A stretch of 63,602 bases of DNA, the filler included. It is 4 parts of 4 records of this genome, joined end to end, with 100 filler letters (N's around TTAATTAATTAA, not from the genome) between each part and the next. Parts side by side here need not be neighbours in the genome. Positions count along the whole stretch, not along the records: positions 27,114 to 57,621 come from SRR20825010_828; positions 57,722 to 63,602 come from SRR20825010_831; 2 more parts are not named here. One strand, given 5' to 3'. A model generated the notes under the pieces. It did no database searches. It was not told the DNA's origin and saw only the letters and a list, made by a program, of their open reading frames with translations. Numbering within the stretch: position 1 is the stretch's first letter; each line of letters starts with the position of its first letter. The translations under genes were made by a program, and so were the position numbers. Positions 50,099 through 60,497 of this stretch are shown here, in pieces.

Positions 50099-50680
50099 TT
50101 ATGATTTTGCTCCGGTCACGACTTTTGCAAATCGAACCACTTTTTCACTTAGAAAATATCCGTTTTCCACTACATCAACCACTTTCCCCACCATGTCATC
50201 ACCAGCCGGAATCTGCGTAATTGCTTCGTGAAAATCTTCATTGAAATCGCTTCCTTTCTCCACTTCCATCAGCTTTAGGCCCTTGCCTTCAAGCGTTTTC
50301 TTGAATTTGTTATAAATCAAATCCATCCCCTCAGTGGCAGCATCCAAATCCGGTTTTGCTTCCAGAGATTTCATGGCTCGCTCAAAATCATCGATCACAG
50401 GTATCAAATCCGTCATCAGGTTTTTGTTGGCTGTACCGATCAACTCCAATTTTTCCTTTGATGTCCTTCTTCTGAAATTTTCAAATTCGGAATACAATCT
50501 CAGATACTTGTCTTTGGCCTCTGCCACTTCGATTTTGAGTTGATCTACTTCGCTCAGCTCTTCCTGCTCCGGCACTTCCTCTGTCGTCGTTTCTTCTGAA
50601 GTGTTTTCTTCAACCGCTTGTTCTTCCTGCTGGTTGATCACCTCATGCTGCTCCTTCTCTTCGACTTTATCTTTTTGCAT
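50099..50680 (-). CDS. grpE: Nucleotide exchange factor GrpE
   Basis: '[14 protein letters not shown]', 'PVIDDFERA', 'FHEAI', 'GY....VVRFAKVV'. Confidence 0.97.
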   Translation of the reverse strand: MQKDKVEEKEQHEVINQQEEQAVEENTSEETTTEEVPEQEELSEVDQLKIEVAEAKDKYLRLYSEFENFRRRTSKEKLELIGTANKNLMTDLIPVIDDFERAMKSLEAKPDLDAATEGMDLIYNKFKKTLEGKGLKLMEVEKGSDFNEDFHEAITQIPAGDDMVGKVVDVVENGYFLSEKVVRFAKVVTGAKS

Positions 50681-50714
50681 ACTTCTATTTAAGGTTTAAG
50701 ACGAACACCGAATG

Positions 50715-50755
50715 TCAATTTCTTTGCCAAAGACGTGGCTGCTGACAAGATGACA
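50715..50755 (-). promoter_or_regulatory. Candidate sigma54-type promoter with TGTCA-N3-TGTCA repeat upstream of grpE-dnaJ
   Basis: Minus strand TGTCA-TCT-TGTCA (50755-50743), then TGGCAA-AGAAA-TTGA (50729-50715). Confidence 0.6.
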
Positions 50756-50798
50756 GAAATAAGGTGTTTTTAGTAAAAAATGAGGAAGTGCAAGGCTG

Positions 50799-51785
50799 TC
50801 AGGCGTTGAGCTTCTGCCAGATTGTATCTTTTAGTTCCTGAAGTCCCAAACCTGAGATACTGGAAATGAAAACAGTTTCTATATCTGGCAATTGCAGCCT
50901 CATTTCTGCAATCAATTCTTCGTCGAGCATGTCGCATTTGGTTATGGCCAGAATGCGCTGTTTATCTAGTAACTCAGGATTATATTTCTTTAATTCTCCG
51001 TAAAGGATATCAAACTCTTTTTTGATATTATCTGCATCCGCCGGGATCATAAAAAGCAACATCGAGTTTCGCTCGATGTGACGAAGAAACCTAAGGCCAA
51101 GTCCTTTGCCTTCAGCGGCACCCTCAATGATTCCCGGAATATCGGCGATCACAAAGGACTTATAATCCCTGTGGGCTACTACTCCAAGGTTTGGAACCAA
51201 CGTAGTAAATGGATAGTCTGCGATCTCCGGTTTAGCGGCAGAAACGACCGAAAGTAAGGTTGATTTTCCCGCATTTGGAAAACCTACCAATCCAACGTCT
51301 GCTAAAATTTTCAGCTCCAGAATGACCCATTTTTCAATACCTCCAATTCCCGGCTGAGCATATCGCGGGGCTTGATTGGTAGAGGTTTTGAAATGGGAGT
51401 TTCCCTGACCACCCATGCCGCCCGGAAGCAGCATTTTCTCTTCACCATCTTCAAGAATCTCCACCAGAACTTCGCCAGTTTCAGAATCTTTGGCTATGGT
51501 GCCAATGGGCACATCCAAAATGATATCTTCTCCGTCCGAACCTGAAGAATTACTGCCTTCACCGGCTCCTCCAGCATCGGCCTTTATATGCTTCCTGTAG
51601 CGCAAATGGATCAAGGTCCACATTTGGGAGTTCCCTCTCAATATGATGTGACCACCGCGACCACCATCGCCACCATCGGGACCACCTTTTGGAACAAATT
51701 TCTCTCTACGAAAATGGACAGAACCCGAGCCTCCATCTCCGGAGCGGGCATAAAATTTTACGTAATCAATGAAGTTAGAATCCAT
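50799..51785 (-). CDS. obgE: GTPase ObgE/CgtA
   Basis: '[18 protein letters not shown]', 'GFPNAGKST', 'YPFTT', 'DIPG', 'TKCD'. Confidence 0.98.
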   Translation of the reverse strand: MDSNFIDYVKFYARSGDGGSGSVHFRREKFVPKGGPDGGDGGRGGHIILRGNSQMWTLIHLRYRKHIKADAGGAGEGSNSSGSDGEDIILDVPIGTIAKDSETGEVLVEILEDGEEKMLLPGGMGGQGNSHFKTSTNQAPRYAQPGIGGIEKWVILELKILADVGLVGFPNAGKSTLLSVVSAAKPEIADYPFTTLVPNLGVVAHRDYKSFVIADIPGIIEGAAEGKGLGLRFLRHIERNSMLLFMIPADADNIKKEFDILYGELKKYNPELLDKQRILAITKCDMLDEELIAEMRLQLPDIETVFISSISGLGLQELKDTIWQKLNA

Positions 51786-52360
51786 CAGGCCTGATGAGTA
51801 TCCAGCACAGTAGCAATTGACGCAAATATTTGATTAATTTCCCCAATTCCATTCACAGTACTCAATCTGCCCTGTTCCTTGTAAAAAGGAAGAACATGAA
51901 CGGTTTTGCTAAAATATTCCTGAATTCTGCGCTCAAGTTTGTCGTCCGCATCGTCGACACGATTCTCAAGCTCTTTTCGCTTGGCTATTCTTTTTCTGAC
52001 TTCCTCTTCGGTCACTTCCAACTCCACCACCGCATGAATTTCAGTTTTTAAGGATTTCATCAACTCGTCCAAGGCAATTGCCTGCGGGACTGTTCTTGGA
52101 AAACCGTCAAAAAGAAAACCACTTGCTTGTGGGTTTTTCACCACTTCTTCCCTTAGCATGGCTATAGTGATGTCATCCGAAACCAATTCCCCACTGTTCA
52201 TGATTTCCTTCACTCTTTTCCCCAACTCGGTATCATTTTTTGTATGCCATCTAAAAAGATCGCCGGTGGAGATGTGAAAGAGGTTGTACTTCTCAATCAT
52301 CTTATCACTTTGGGTTCCTTTGCCGGCTCCCGGAGGGCCAAAAATTACGATATTCAACAT
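51785..52360 (-). CDS. adk: Adenylate kinase (short, LID-less type)
   Basis: '[10 protein letters not shown]', 'HISTGD', 'DGFPRT', 'R.DD'. Confidence 0.96.
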   Translation of the reverse strand: MLNIVIFGPPGAGKGTQSDKMIEKYNLFHISTGDLFRWHTKNDTELGKRVKEIMNSGELVSDDITIAMLREEVVKNPQASGFLFDGFPRTVPQAIALDELMKSLKTEIHAVVELEVTEEEVRKRIAKRKELENRVDDADDKLERRIQEYFSKTVHVLPFYKEQGRLSTVNGIGEINQIFASIATVLDTHQA

Positions 52361-52409
52361 GGGTTATTTTTTACTGAACAATAAATATAGCAGATTATTA
52401 AACTTATCT

Positions 52410-52961
52410 CTATGATTCGTCGAGCACATAGATCTCCGGCAGCTGCCGTCCTGATCCATCGTGATCCATCCCGTATCCAACCACAAATTTGTTTTCAATT
52501 TTCTTCCCCACATACTTAATCGGGAATTTTTCATCAAAAACTTCATCTTTGAGAAGCAAAGTCACTACTTCAATGGACTTAGCACCTCGTCCTTTTAGTT
52601 CTTCCAAAAGGAAAGTCAACGTTGTTCCGGTATCGATTATATCTTCTACAATCAATATATGCTTTCCTTTCAAATCGCCGGTGAGACCAATAAGTTGATT
52701 CACATTTCCAGAGCTCTTCACACCCGAATAGGATTTCAATTTGATCAACTCCAGCGACAAATCGATGTTTAGCTTTTTTATTAAACTCGCCAAAAAGAGA
52801 ATCACACCGTCCAGCACTCCAAGAACCACCACGGATTTTCCCAGATAATCCAGATTGATTTGCTCCGCCAAATGTGAGACGATCGTTTTAATCTCTTTTT
52901 TGGATATGTATTTTCGAAACTGCTGGTTGTGCAGTACTATTACCTTTTCCTCTTCACTCAC
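52410..52961 (-). CDS. hpt: Hypoxanthine phosphoribosyltransferase
   Basis: PRPP motif 'ILIVEDIIDTGTTL', 'FVVGYGMD', 'GRQLP.IY'. Confidence 0.93.
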   Translation of the reverse strand: MSEEEKVIVLHNQQFRKYISKKEIKTIVSHLAEQINLDYLGKSVVVLGVLDGVILFLASLIKKLNIDLSLELIKLKSYSGVKSSGNVNQLIGLTGDLKGKHILIVEDIIDTGTTLTFLLEELKGRGAKSIEVVTLLLKDEVFDEKFPIKYVGKKIENKFVVGYGMDHDGSGRQLPEIYVLDES

Positions 52962-53869
52962 AATTTTTTCATTAAGTACTCGTACATGGCAATCATGGCT
53001 TCCAGATCTGCCACATCAACCGTTTCATTCGGCGAATGGACGTTGGATTCGGGTGCACCAATAAAACACCAGTCAATGGCATGAGGGCTCATGTGTACTT
53101 CACGTCCGTCGCTAGATCCCGAACCCTCCACTTCGAGCTGATACGGAATGCCCGATTGGGCTGCTAGATTTAGCACCCGATCCAAAAAGACTCTTCGCGG
53201 GATATGTTTATCCCTTAAGGAAATGGCCACACCTTCACCATGCATGACCCCTTCAGTAGCCCAGGTAATATCCGAAATCAAGGCCTGCTTTACTGGGAAA
53301 TGTCGCTGAATGTAATCGAGCAAAAGCGGAACTGACCCTCCTCCGTGCTCTTCATAGGAACTGAAAACGATGACGCCATTTTTCAATGTCTCCGCCACTT
53401 TAAGCGCATTATAAACACCCAGCCGATTATCCATATACGGTCCTGTAAGCTTGCCTTTTCCAACTTTCAAACTAGGTTTAAATGTAAGGGTGGTTCCCGG
53501 CACAATAGCTCTCGGAAAATCATAAAACAGGTAGTTATCCTCATCGACAACCAACTTGCAATCAATCAATCCATAGACATCCTGACCAACGAGCTCGTAT
53601 CCATTCTCCACATCCGGACCTCCAATTGGCACCAATTGATTTTGATACCTCACTGTGAAGCCGATGGAATCCATATGGGCAAAAATGGCCGTTCGAGGCT
53701 CACCAAACACTAACACAATATTGTCGTGGAGAAAGTCTCCTGCGATAACCTTTGGTTGGGTGTCCCATTTTGAACTCTGCTTTTTCACATAATCCAAAAG
53801 GAATTCTTTCATCCGAAATTCACTTCCGGATGGGGCATGCACGTGTATTAGTTGTTCGAGAAGTTTCAT
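52958..53869 (-). CDS. M42/M28-family metallopeptidase
   Basis: 'APSGSE', 'AHMD', 'DNRLG', 'EEHG', 'HSPNE'; ATG 53869 lies downstream of TATATTTG (53892-53885). Confidence 0.85.
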   Translation of the reverse strand: MKLLEQLIHVHAPSGSEFRMKEFLLDYVKKQSSKWDTQPKVIAGDFLHDNIVLVFGEPRTAIFAHMDSIGFTVRYQNQLVPIGGPDVENGYELVGQDVYGLIDCKLVVDEDNYLFYDFPRAIVPGTTLTFKPSLKVGKGKLTGPYMDNRLGVYNALKVAETLKNGVIVFSSYEEHGGGSVPLLLDYIQRHFPVKQALISDITWATEGVMHGEGVAISLRDKHIPRRVFLDRVLNLAAQSGIPYQLEVEGSGSSDGREVHMSPHAIDWCFIGAPESNVHSPNETVDVADLEAMIAMYEYLMKKL

Positions 53870-53953
53870 TTTCAAATAAGGCTGCAAATATAAGTTGGCT
53901 GCAACCTGTTATCAGAAGAATTTCGTATAAATTCAGGTCAAACCCATTTTCCC

Positions 53954-54418
53954 ATGCCGCTGGTACTAAAGTATGCCCTTGTCTTTTTGCTTTCTGCCAT
54001 CAAATTCATTTTTGGCCCCACTTTCGGGCTGTCTTTTGGACTAAGTGTCCCTGTGATTTGTGTCCTCACCACAGGTGGGATGATGTCCTCTGTTTACATC
54101 ATTTGTCACTTTGGAAATCATATCCGCGCCCTTTCCATTCGAATTTTTGGCCCAAAAAAGAAAAAGAAACTCTTTAGCTCTAAGTCAAGACGCTTTGTGC
54201 GGTTTTGGAGAAAATACGGCGTGAAGGGAATTGCCTTTTTAACACCGCTACTGCTTTCACCACCCGGGGGCACGTTGTTAGCCAACGCCTTAGGGGGAAA
54301 AAGAAAAGACATTATTAAATGGATGTGGGTCTCGGCTTCTTTCTTTTCCGTTGTGCTCACTCTGATTGTGAAATACGCCAGTTGGTTGATTCGGGATTTC
54401 GTTTTTATGGGCCCTTGA
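53954..54418 (+). CDS. Hypothetical membrane protein
   Basis: 3-4 TMs with basic loop 'KKKKLFSSKSRRFVRFWRKYGVKGIAFLTP'. Confidence 0.7.
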   Translation: MPLVLKYALVFLLSAIKFIFGPTFGLSFGLSVPVICVLTTGGMMSSVYIICHFGNHIRALSIRIFGPKKKKKLFSSKSRRFVRFWRKYGVKGIAFLTPLLLSPPGGTLLANALGGKRKDIIKWMWVSASFFSVVLTLIVKYASWLIRDFVFMGP

Positions 54419-54484
54419 TGCAAATTGATTTTTGCTAAACCAGATGCACGTTCCAGAGCTATTTGTTTTCCTATCTTTGCGCCC

Positions 54485-55513
54485 ATGTTGAAAAATGATC
54501 TCATTTTAAGAGCCGCGCGAGGAGAAAAAACTGAACGAACACCGGTTTGGTTGATGCGTCAGGCCGGTAGAATATTACCTGAATACCGTGAAGTAAGGTC
54601 CAGTGTGAGTGGATTTAAAGAACTGGTTGAAACACCTGAGCTTGCTGCGGAGGTAACTATCCAACCTGTGGATATTCTAGGCGTAGATGCGGCGATCATT
54701 TTTTCAGACATTCTGGTGATTCCAGAAGCTATGGGTTTGACTTATGAAATGGTTGAGAACAGGGGTCCATATTTTCCCGAAACGGTAAAATCAGCGCAGG
54801 ATGTAAGCAGGCTTAAAGTCGCTACGGAAGCCGACATCCAATACACCATTGACGCCATTAAAATCACCAAAAAACGATTGGATGGGCGCGTGCCTATTAT
54901 AGGGTTTGCGGGTGCACCATGGACTATTTTTTCTTATATGGTCGAAGGAAGTGGTAGCAAAACTTTCAGCAAAGCCAGAAGGATGCTTTACCAAAACCCG
55001 GAGCTTTCGCACAAACTCCTTGATTTAATTACACAAAGTACCATCGCCTATCTGAAAGGACAGGTGGCCGCTGGAGCAGACATGGTTCAGGTATTCGACT
55101 CCTGGGCGGGTGTGCTCCCCCCGAACCACTACAAGGAATTTTCACTCCATTACATTGAGAAAATTGCGAGTGCTATCAAAAACGTACCAGTGACCGTGTT
55201 TGCCAAAGGGGCCTATTTTGCTTTACCTCAAATGAATAACATTAGTTGCCGTACTGTTGGCTTGGACTGGAACATGGATATTGCCGAAGCTAAAAAACTA
55301 CTTCCAAATAAAACGCTACAAGGCAATCTGGATCCGTGTATTCTTTACAGCCATCTTGATTCCATTAAAAAGGAAACTCAAAACATGTTGAAGGCATTTG
55401 AAGGTCATCCACACATTGCCAATCTTGGGCATGGCGTGTATCCGGATACTGATCCCGAAAAGGTGAAGCATTTCGTGAATTGTGTGAAAGAGCTGAGTGG
55501 TCCTAAAGCTTAA
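54485..55513 (+). CDS. hemE: Uroporphyrinogen decarboxylase
   Basis: '[10 protein letters not shown]', 'AIIFSDIL', 'GFAGAPWT', 'QGNLDP', 'NLGHG'; TATCTTTG at 54472-54479 precedes ATG 54485. Confidence 0.98.
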   Translation: MLKNDLILRAARGEKTERTPVWLMRQAGRILPEYREVRSSVSGFKELVETPELAAEVTIQPVDILGVDAAIIFSDILVIPEAMGLTYEMVENRGPYFPETVKSAQDVSRLKVATEADIQYTIDAIKITKKRLDGRVPIIGFAGAPWTIFSYMVEGSGSKTFSKARRMLYQNPELSHKLLDLITQSTIAYLKGQVAAGADMVQVFDSWAGVLPPNHYKEFSLHYIEKIASAIKNVPVTVFAKGAYFALPQMNNISCRTVGLDWNMDIAEAKKLLPNKTLQGNLDPCILYSHLDSIKKETQNMLKAFEGHPHIANLGHGVYPDTDPEKVKHFVNCVKELSGPKA

Positions 55514-57620
55514 GGTGCGATAAAATTTTCATTTTCAAGTCCTTAGGATCAAAAGGCTTGGTTACAAAATCGTCCATTCCGGCCCGGGATATCTTTGCCT
55601 GATCTTCCAGCAATGCCGAAGCTGTGAGCGCGATAATTGGTATTCTAAGTCCTTTGCTTCTCAATTTTTTGGATGCCTCCAACCCATCCATAACTGGCAT
55701 TTGAATATCCATCAGGATTAAATCTATGTCCATCTCAACCTCACATACATCCAGTGCCTCCTGTCCATTTTTAGCCACCAGAATCTGAACCCCCCATTTC
55801 TTAAGAAATTTACTAACAACCAATACGTTGATCTGATTGTCCTCAACGACGAGGATTTTAGCATTTATCTCTGAATTTGCGCTGGCTTTGGAGGCATGTT
55901 CTACCACCGGTTCTACCATGTCATTTTTAGATTTATCAATATCAAAGGACTGAACAAAAAAGAAGGTAGAGCCCTTTCCAGGAGTACTATTTAGTTGTAA
56001 ATCCGACCCCTGAAGCTGCAACAATTTCTTGGTAATAGATAAGCCCAAGCCCGTGCCTCCGAAGCGTCTGGTGGTTGACGAGCTTGCCTGGGTAAAGCTT
56101 TTAAATATTTCCGCCTGCTTCGCCTTTTCAATACCAATACCTGTATCGGTTACGCTAAATCGGACGCGTACATGGTCCGCAGAGATATCAGCAATGTCCA
56201 AACTCACCGTTACCTCTCCTTCATCTGTAAATTTGATGGCGTTGTTAATCAGATTTGTGAGTATCTGGCTGGTTCGAGTCGGGTCGCAAAACACATAAGG
56301 AGGAATCCTTGGATCGATGTTGAATACTAGCTCCAGATTTTTATCGACAACCGAAGGTTGAAAAACGCGATTAAGGCTCAATGCCAAAGACTGTAGGTCA
56401 ATCGATTGGCTTTCAAACTCCATTTTCTTAGCTTCAATCTTGCTGAAATCGAGAATGTCATTGATAATCACCAGCAGATTTTTAGCAGAAAACTTCAACG
56501 TATTGAGGGTTTCAACCTGATCGGGTTTTGGTTCCTCCTCTATCAGGTAATTTGTCAAGCCAATCACCGCATTCATTGGGGTGCGAATCTCATGTGACAT
56601 CATGGAAAGGAATTCCGACTTTGATTTGGATGCTATCTCGGCCTGAATCTTTGCCTTTTTGAGGGAATTGGTGAATAAGAAGAAAATAATCAGTGACTGA
56701 AAAAAGAAGAAGAATATGTAGCCCAAAAAAGAAATAATTTCTTCTTCCCCCACCAAACCTGTGTACTCCATTATTTTATAGACCACCACTAAAAAAAGTA
56801 TTCCGGAGCTAATAACAGCATAATTGGCTCCATCGCGCTTATTGCTCAACGCTCCAAAATAAACCCACCCGGAGGAAAATACACCTATCAACATCACGAG
56901 TAGATAAACTGAGATATAAGATGTGAAAATTCTCGCGGGCGTAAACAGTATAAACAAACAGAAAAGAGAAGATACTATGGCAAGTCCTCTCAAGACCCAA
57001 TATTTGGAATCCTCAGGAAAAAGGGAATCGGTGTAAAGTGAAAAAAAGATGAGTGGAACGAACAAGGAAAGATACTCCAACTTCACTGCTATAAACCAGT
57101 TGATCCCCGAATATAACATATGAAGCGTATAATCATCGGCGGCCACAATGCGATGACTGAAGGTCAAACAAAACAGGGAAAAATAGAGCACAAAAACCTG
57201 CTTGGTACCAAAAAAATAGAGTCCTAAAAAGAAAAGCCCGGCCATAATCAGGCTACCAGCCAATAAAAGATCAAAGCCAAAAATTAGGTTACTTTTTTGA
57301 TCGATCCGCGCTTTACTCGAAAGTTGAATCGGCTCGCGCGCGCCCCCTTTCCTATGGCTGAAATTGGCAATCTGAAGGTCTAAAACAGCTTTTCCATTTT
57401 CTACCGTTAAGCCTGCTTTTGTGGGCACCCAGGCCGGCACGTAAGAATCCCTGGCTTTGCCTACCATGCCATTTGACACTATAAGTTCACCATTGCAAAA
57501 AAGATTGTAAGCACAATAAAAATGTTTGATGTAGACAGTGGGCATCCTTCCCTCGGGCAGTAAAAGCGTAAGCCTATAGGTTCCAAACCCATTTACCTCC
57601 AGTTTTTTTCCGTTTAATGT
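55503..57620 (-). CDS. Hybrid sensor kinase (7TM-DISM-like sensor, HisKA, HATPase, REC), 5' truncated by gap
   Basis: Frame open to the contig end ([17 protein letters not shown]...), 7 TMs, '[10 protein letters not shown]', 'GGTGLGL', 'LMDIQMP.MDG'. Confidence 0.93.
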   Translation of the reverse strand, partial: TLNGKKLEVNGFGTYRLTLLLPEGRMPTVYIKHFYCAYNLFCNGELIVSNGMVGKARDSYVPAWVPTKAGLTVENGKAVLDLQIANFSHRKGGAREPIQLSSKARIDQKSNLIFGFDLLLAGSLIMAGLFFLGLYFFGTKQVFVLYFSLFCLTFSHRIVAADDYTLHMLYSGINWFIAVKLEYLSLFVPLIFFSLYTDSLFPEDSKYWVLRGLAIVSSLFCLFILFTPARIFTSYISVYLLVMLIGVFSSGWVYFGALSNKRDGANYAVISSGILFLVVVYKIMEYTGLVGEEEIISFLGYIFFFFFQSLIIFFLFTNSLKKAKIQAEIASKSKSEFLSMMSHEIRTPMNAVIGLTNYLIEEEPKPDQVETLNTLKFSAKNLLVIINDILDFSKIEAKKMEFESQSIDLQSLALSLNRVFQPSVVDKNLELVFNIDPRIPPYVFCDPTRTSQILTNLINNAIKFTDEGEVTVSLDIADISADHVRVRFSVTDTGIGIEKAKQAEIFKSFTQASSSTTRRFGGTGLGLSITKKLLQLQGSDLQLNSTPGKGSTFFFVQSFDIDKSKNDMVEPVVEHASKASANSEINAKILVVEDNQINVLVVSKFLKKWGVQILVAKNGQEALDVCEVEMDIDLILMDIQMPVMDGLEASKKLRSKGLRIPIIALTASALLEDQAKISRAGMDDFVTKPFDPKDLKMKILSHLKL

Positions 57621-57621
57621 G

Positions 57622-57721
57622 NNNNNNNNNNNNNNNNNNNNNNNNNNNNNNNNNNNNNNNNNNNNTTAATTAATTAANNNNNNNNNNNNNNNNNNNNNNN
57701 NNNNNNNNNNNNNNNNNNNNN
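57622..57721. other. Artificial contig spacer
   Basis: N44-TTAATTAATTAA-N44. Confidence 0.99.
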
Positions 57722-57766
57722 TGCCTGGCAGGCAAGAGGTCACCGGTTCGAATCCGGTATTCTCCA
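57722..57766 (+). tRNA. tRNA-Ala(GGC), 3' portion
   Basis: Anticodon arm TGC-CT-GGC-AG-GCAAG, T-arm ACCGG-TTCGAAT-CCGGT, acceptor 3' strand ATTCTCC-A; CCA not encoded; 5' half lost at the gap. Confidence 0.88.
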
Positions 57767-57775
57767 CGAAAATTG

Positions 57776-57805
57776 AAAAAGCACCTCAAATGGGGTGCTT
57801 TTTTT
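57776..57805. terminator. Bidirectional terminator between tRNA and RluA gene
   Basis: AAAAA-GCACCTCA-AA-TGGGGTGC-TTTTTTT. Confidence 0.85.
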
Positions 57806-58664
57806 ATCGTGTATCAGAACCAAATAACTTTCTAAACTTCTCCGGAAGCTCATCAGTAATACGAATGATTTCGTTGGTAAAGGGATGCTCAAATTCCAAC
57901 GCGTAGGCATGCAAATACAGCCCTTTGCTTTTCAAAATTAAGCCCTCCAAGGCGTATTCCTTGTCTCCGAGGATGGGATTCCCCAAACTGTACAAATGTT
58001 TCCGCAATTGGTGCCTTCTGCCTGTTTTTGGACACAACTTCACTAGGTTGAGGGTGCCGAAACGCTTCGAAGGAACAGACTCCATAACCTTGTAATGGGA
58101 TTGTGAAGGTTTACCATCGATTTCTGTGGTTATTGTACCATGGGGCTTCATTTTGCCAATGGCCACGGCATAATAGGTTTTGGATATTAGTTTGTCCTCG
58201 AACATTTTGTTCAAGACCCGGATGCTGCTATTGGTTTTTCCAACCAAAACAATACCCGTAGTGGCAAAATCCAAACGGTGGACGGGTTGAGGGGTAGTGG
58301 CATCTGGAAGCGAACTGGCTTTAAGGTTTTGCGGCAATGCATTGGTAATGGTCTTAAACTTATTGCCGCTCACTTCGATTCCCGCGGGTTTGTGGATGGC
58401 AGCCAAATGTTCATCTTCAAACCATACTTTGAGGGGGAATATGAGTCGTTTATTAGGTGTAGGATCTTCTGGAATGGTCAAAACAATACGTTCGCCACCA
58501 TTGATTATGGTAGCGGTCGAGGCAATGAAACCGTTTACGGTGATGTAGCCTTTTTTTAAAGCTTTTTTAAGTGCAGATTTGGTAGGGACCATTTTAAAAA
58601 TACCTACTCCGTACTCCTGTAGCCGCTGGGGTTCGGGAATATCGGGAGCGATATGTTCTTCTAT
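57804..58664 (-). CDS. RluA-family pseudouridine synthase (start uncertain: ATA 58664 or ATG 58592)
   Basis: 'HKPAG', catalytic 'VHRLDFATTG', 'KTYYA', 'TGRRHQLRKHL...G.PILGD..Y', 'LHA'. Confidence 0.92.
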   Translation of the reverse strand: MEEHIAPDIPEPQRLQEYGVGIFKMVPTKSALKKALKKGYITVNGFIASTATIINGGERIVLTIPEDPTPNKRLIFPLKVWFEDEHLAAIHKPAGIEVSGNKFKTITNALPQNLKASSLPDATTPQPVHRLDFATTGIVLVGKTNSSIRVLNKMFEDKLISKTYYAVAIGKMKPHGTITTEIDGKPSQSHYKVMESVPSKRFGTLNLVKLCPKTGRRHQLRKHLYSLGNPILGDKEYALEGLILKSKGLYLHAYALEFEHPFTNEIIRITDELPEKFRKLFGSDTR

Positions 58665-58687
58665 ATGGCTATTGATACTTCTATTTT

Positions 58688-59626
58688 TTATTCAAGTCCG
58701 TTAATTTCAAAATGAGTCTTATAAATTTTACTTAAGCCATTATTGCTTTGGTTGATGTATTCTTGGAAATCCGACACAGAATCAAATTTCTTGGGGGATA
58801 AATTGTTCCGTCGGCTGGTAAAATAGAGTGTTTGGTTAGTCTCGTCGTAGAACGGACAATACTCCATATATTTTGTATTGATGGGAGTTCCAATGTTTTT
58901 TGCCTTTTCCCAGCTGCCCTTGTCATTCTTCAGGGAAATATAGAGGTCGCCACTTCCTATACCATCGGCTTCGTTATACCTTGAAAAAAGAATAAAATCC
59001 TCATTCTTGGAGACAAAGGCATTGAATTCATATCCGGAGCTATTGACGTTTTCATCCAATAATTGCGGGGTAGAATATGAACCATTTTCCCAGCGGGAAA
59101 TGTAAATATCGTCTTTTCCAAGTCCGTTGGGCGACTCCAAGGTAAAGTACATGTTGTTGTTTTTACTTATTGAAGGATAAAACTCATTAAGGTCAGAATT
59201 AACGGGAGTACCCATGTTTTTAGGACTTGACCAATCTTTTTCGGGACCGCTTCGTTCCACATACCAAATATCAAAATCTTTTTTCTGCTTAGAGGAATCA
59301 TCCAAGGGTCTGTCGGAAACAAAGAACAATCGCTTTCCATCGGGTGAGAGAAATGGTTCCAAGTCCATGTATGAAGTTGAAAAGGACATCAGTTCTGGCT
59401 CCGTCCATCCGTTATCCTCCTTTTTGATATATGCAATCTGGGAAATATCCTGTAATGGGCTCTGAATGGTGAAAAATGCCTCGTTACCGTTTTCTGAGAT
59501 ACATAAATCCCGAACGTTCAGGAATTTGTTCAGAGCACTGTTGAATTGCGTAATCTCGCCTTGATTTTGTGCGATTACTTGGTTCAGACACAGCGCCAGT
59601 AAAATCATCAACCTGTTTTTCATCAT
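58688..59626 (-). CDS. PD40 (WD40-like beta-propeller) repeat secreted protein
   Basis: Signal peptide; repeats 'EPFLSPDGKRLFFVSDR', 'NMGTPVNS..NEFYPS', 'NIGTPINT..MEYCP'. Confidence 0.85.
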   Translation of the reverse strand: MMKNRLMILLALCLNQVIAQNQGEITQFNSALNKFLNVRDLCISENGNEAFFTIQSPLQDISQIAYIKKEDNGWTEPELMSFSTSYMDLEPFLSPDGKRLFFVSDRPLDDSSKQKKDFDIWYVERSGPEKDWSSPKNMGTPVNSDLNEFYPSISKNNNMYFTLESPNGLGKDDIYISRWENGSYSTPQLLDENVNSSGYEFNAFVSKNEDFILFSRYNEADGIGSGDLYISLKNDKGSWEKAKNIGTPINTKYMEYCPFYDETNQTLYFTSRRNNLSPKKFDSVSDFQEYINQSNNGLSKIYKTHFEINGLE

Positions 59627-59786
59627 GGATTATCTATAAATCGTTTCACCAGCGGTAAATGTACCATATTTTACATCACGATTTTGTCCCTTCCTCTTTA
59701 TCGCATCAAACTTTACCATCCTTTTAATAGCTATTTTTTGTATTTGCCCTGTGCTTTTTTGAACTTTACTACAAAACAAAATCAAC

Positions 59787-60497
59787 ATGAAATTAGAAGG
59801 AAAAGTAGCATACATCACAGGAGGAACCAAAGGTATCGGGTACGGTATCGCCGAAAGCTTGTTGGAGCAGGGCATGAAGGTCGCCATTAGCGGACGCAGC
59901 CAAGAAAGTGCCGATGCCGCTGTAAAGAGCTTAAACAAACCAGATAAGGTATTGGGATTGTCATCTGACGTATCAAAATTGGACGATGAGAAAAAGGCTG
60001 TGACCGCCATTCTAGATAAATGGGGGCAATTGGATGTGGTAATGGCCAATGCAGGCGTAGGACATTTTGCCCCAATCGATGAACTGGAAGACGAGAAATG
60101 GCACCAGATGATCAATACCAACCTGAACGGGGTATACCATACGCTAAAAGCATCCGTTGATGCCTTGAAAAAATCTGAAGGCTATTACATGACATTGGCG
60201 AGTTTGGCAGGGACCAATTTCTTTGCCACGGCAGCGGGTTACAATGCCACAAAATTTGGGGTGGTCGGATTTACACAGGCCGCGATGCTGGACTTGAGAC
60301 AGTACAACATTAAAGTAACCACGATTATGCCAGGTTCGGTGGCAAGCCATTTTAACAATCACGAACCATCGGAGAAAGATGCTTGGAAGATTCAACCCGA
60401 GGATATCGGTAAATTGGTCGTGGATTTGCTCACGATGCATCCACGCACCTTGCCCAGTAAAATTGAGGTACGTCCCACACGTCCCGATTTAAAGTAA
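59787..60497 (+). CDS. Short-chain dehydrogenase/reductase
   Basis: TGGTKGIG, 'NAGVG', YxxxK 'YNATK', 'MPGSV'. Confidence 0.95.
   Translation: MKLEGKVAYITGGTKGIGYGIAESLLEQGMKVAISGRSQESADAAVKSLNKPDKVLGLSSDVSKLDDEKKAVTAILDKWGQLDVVMANAGVGHFAPIDELEDEKWHQMINTNLNGVYHTLKASVDALKKSEGYYMTLASLAGTNFFATAAGYNATKFGVVGFTQAAMLDLRQYNIKVTTIMPGSVASHFNNHEPSEKDAWKIQPEDIGKLVVDLLTMHPRTLPSKIEVRPTRPDLK

Noticed and set aside
57722-57805. tRNA 3' fragment as an att site of an integrated element
   Set aside because: Truncation coincides with the contig edge; it is followed by a normal terminator and no integrase.
59630-60121. 163-aa antisense ORF, and other shadow ORFs such as 25625-26191, 44624-44992 and 53752-54177
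   Set aside because: They overlap well-supported genes on the opposite strand and have no recognisable motifs.
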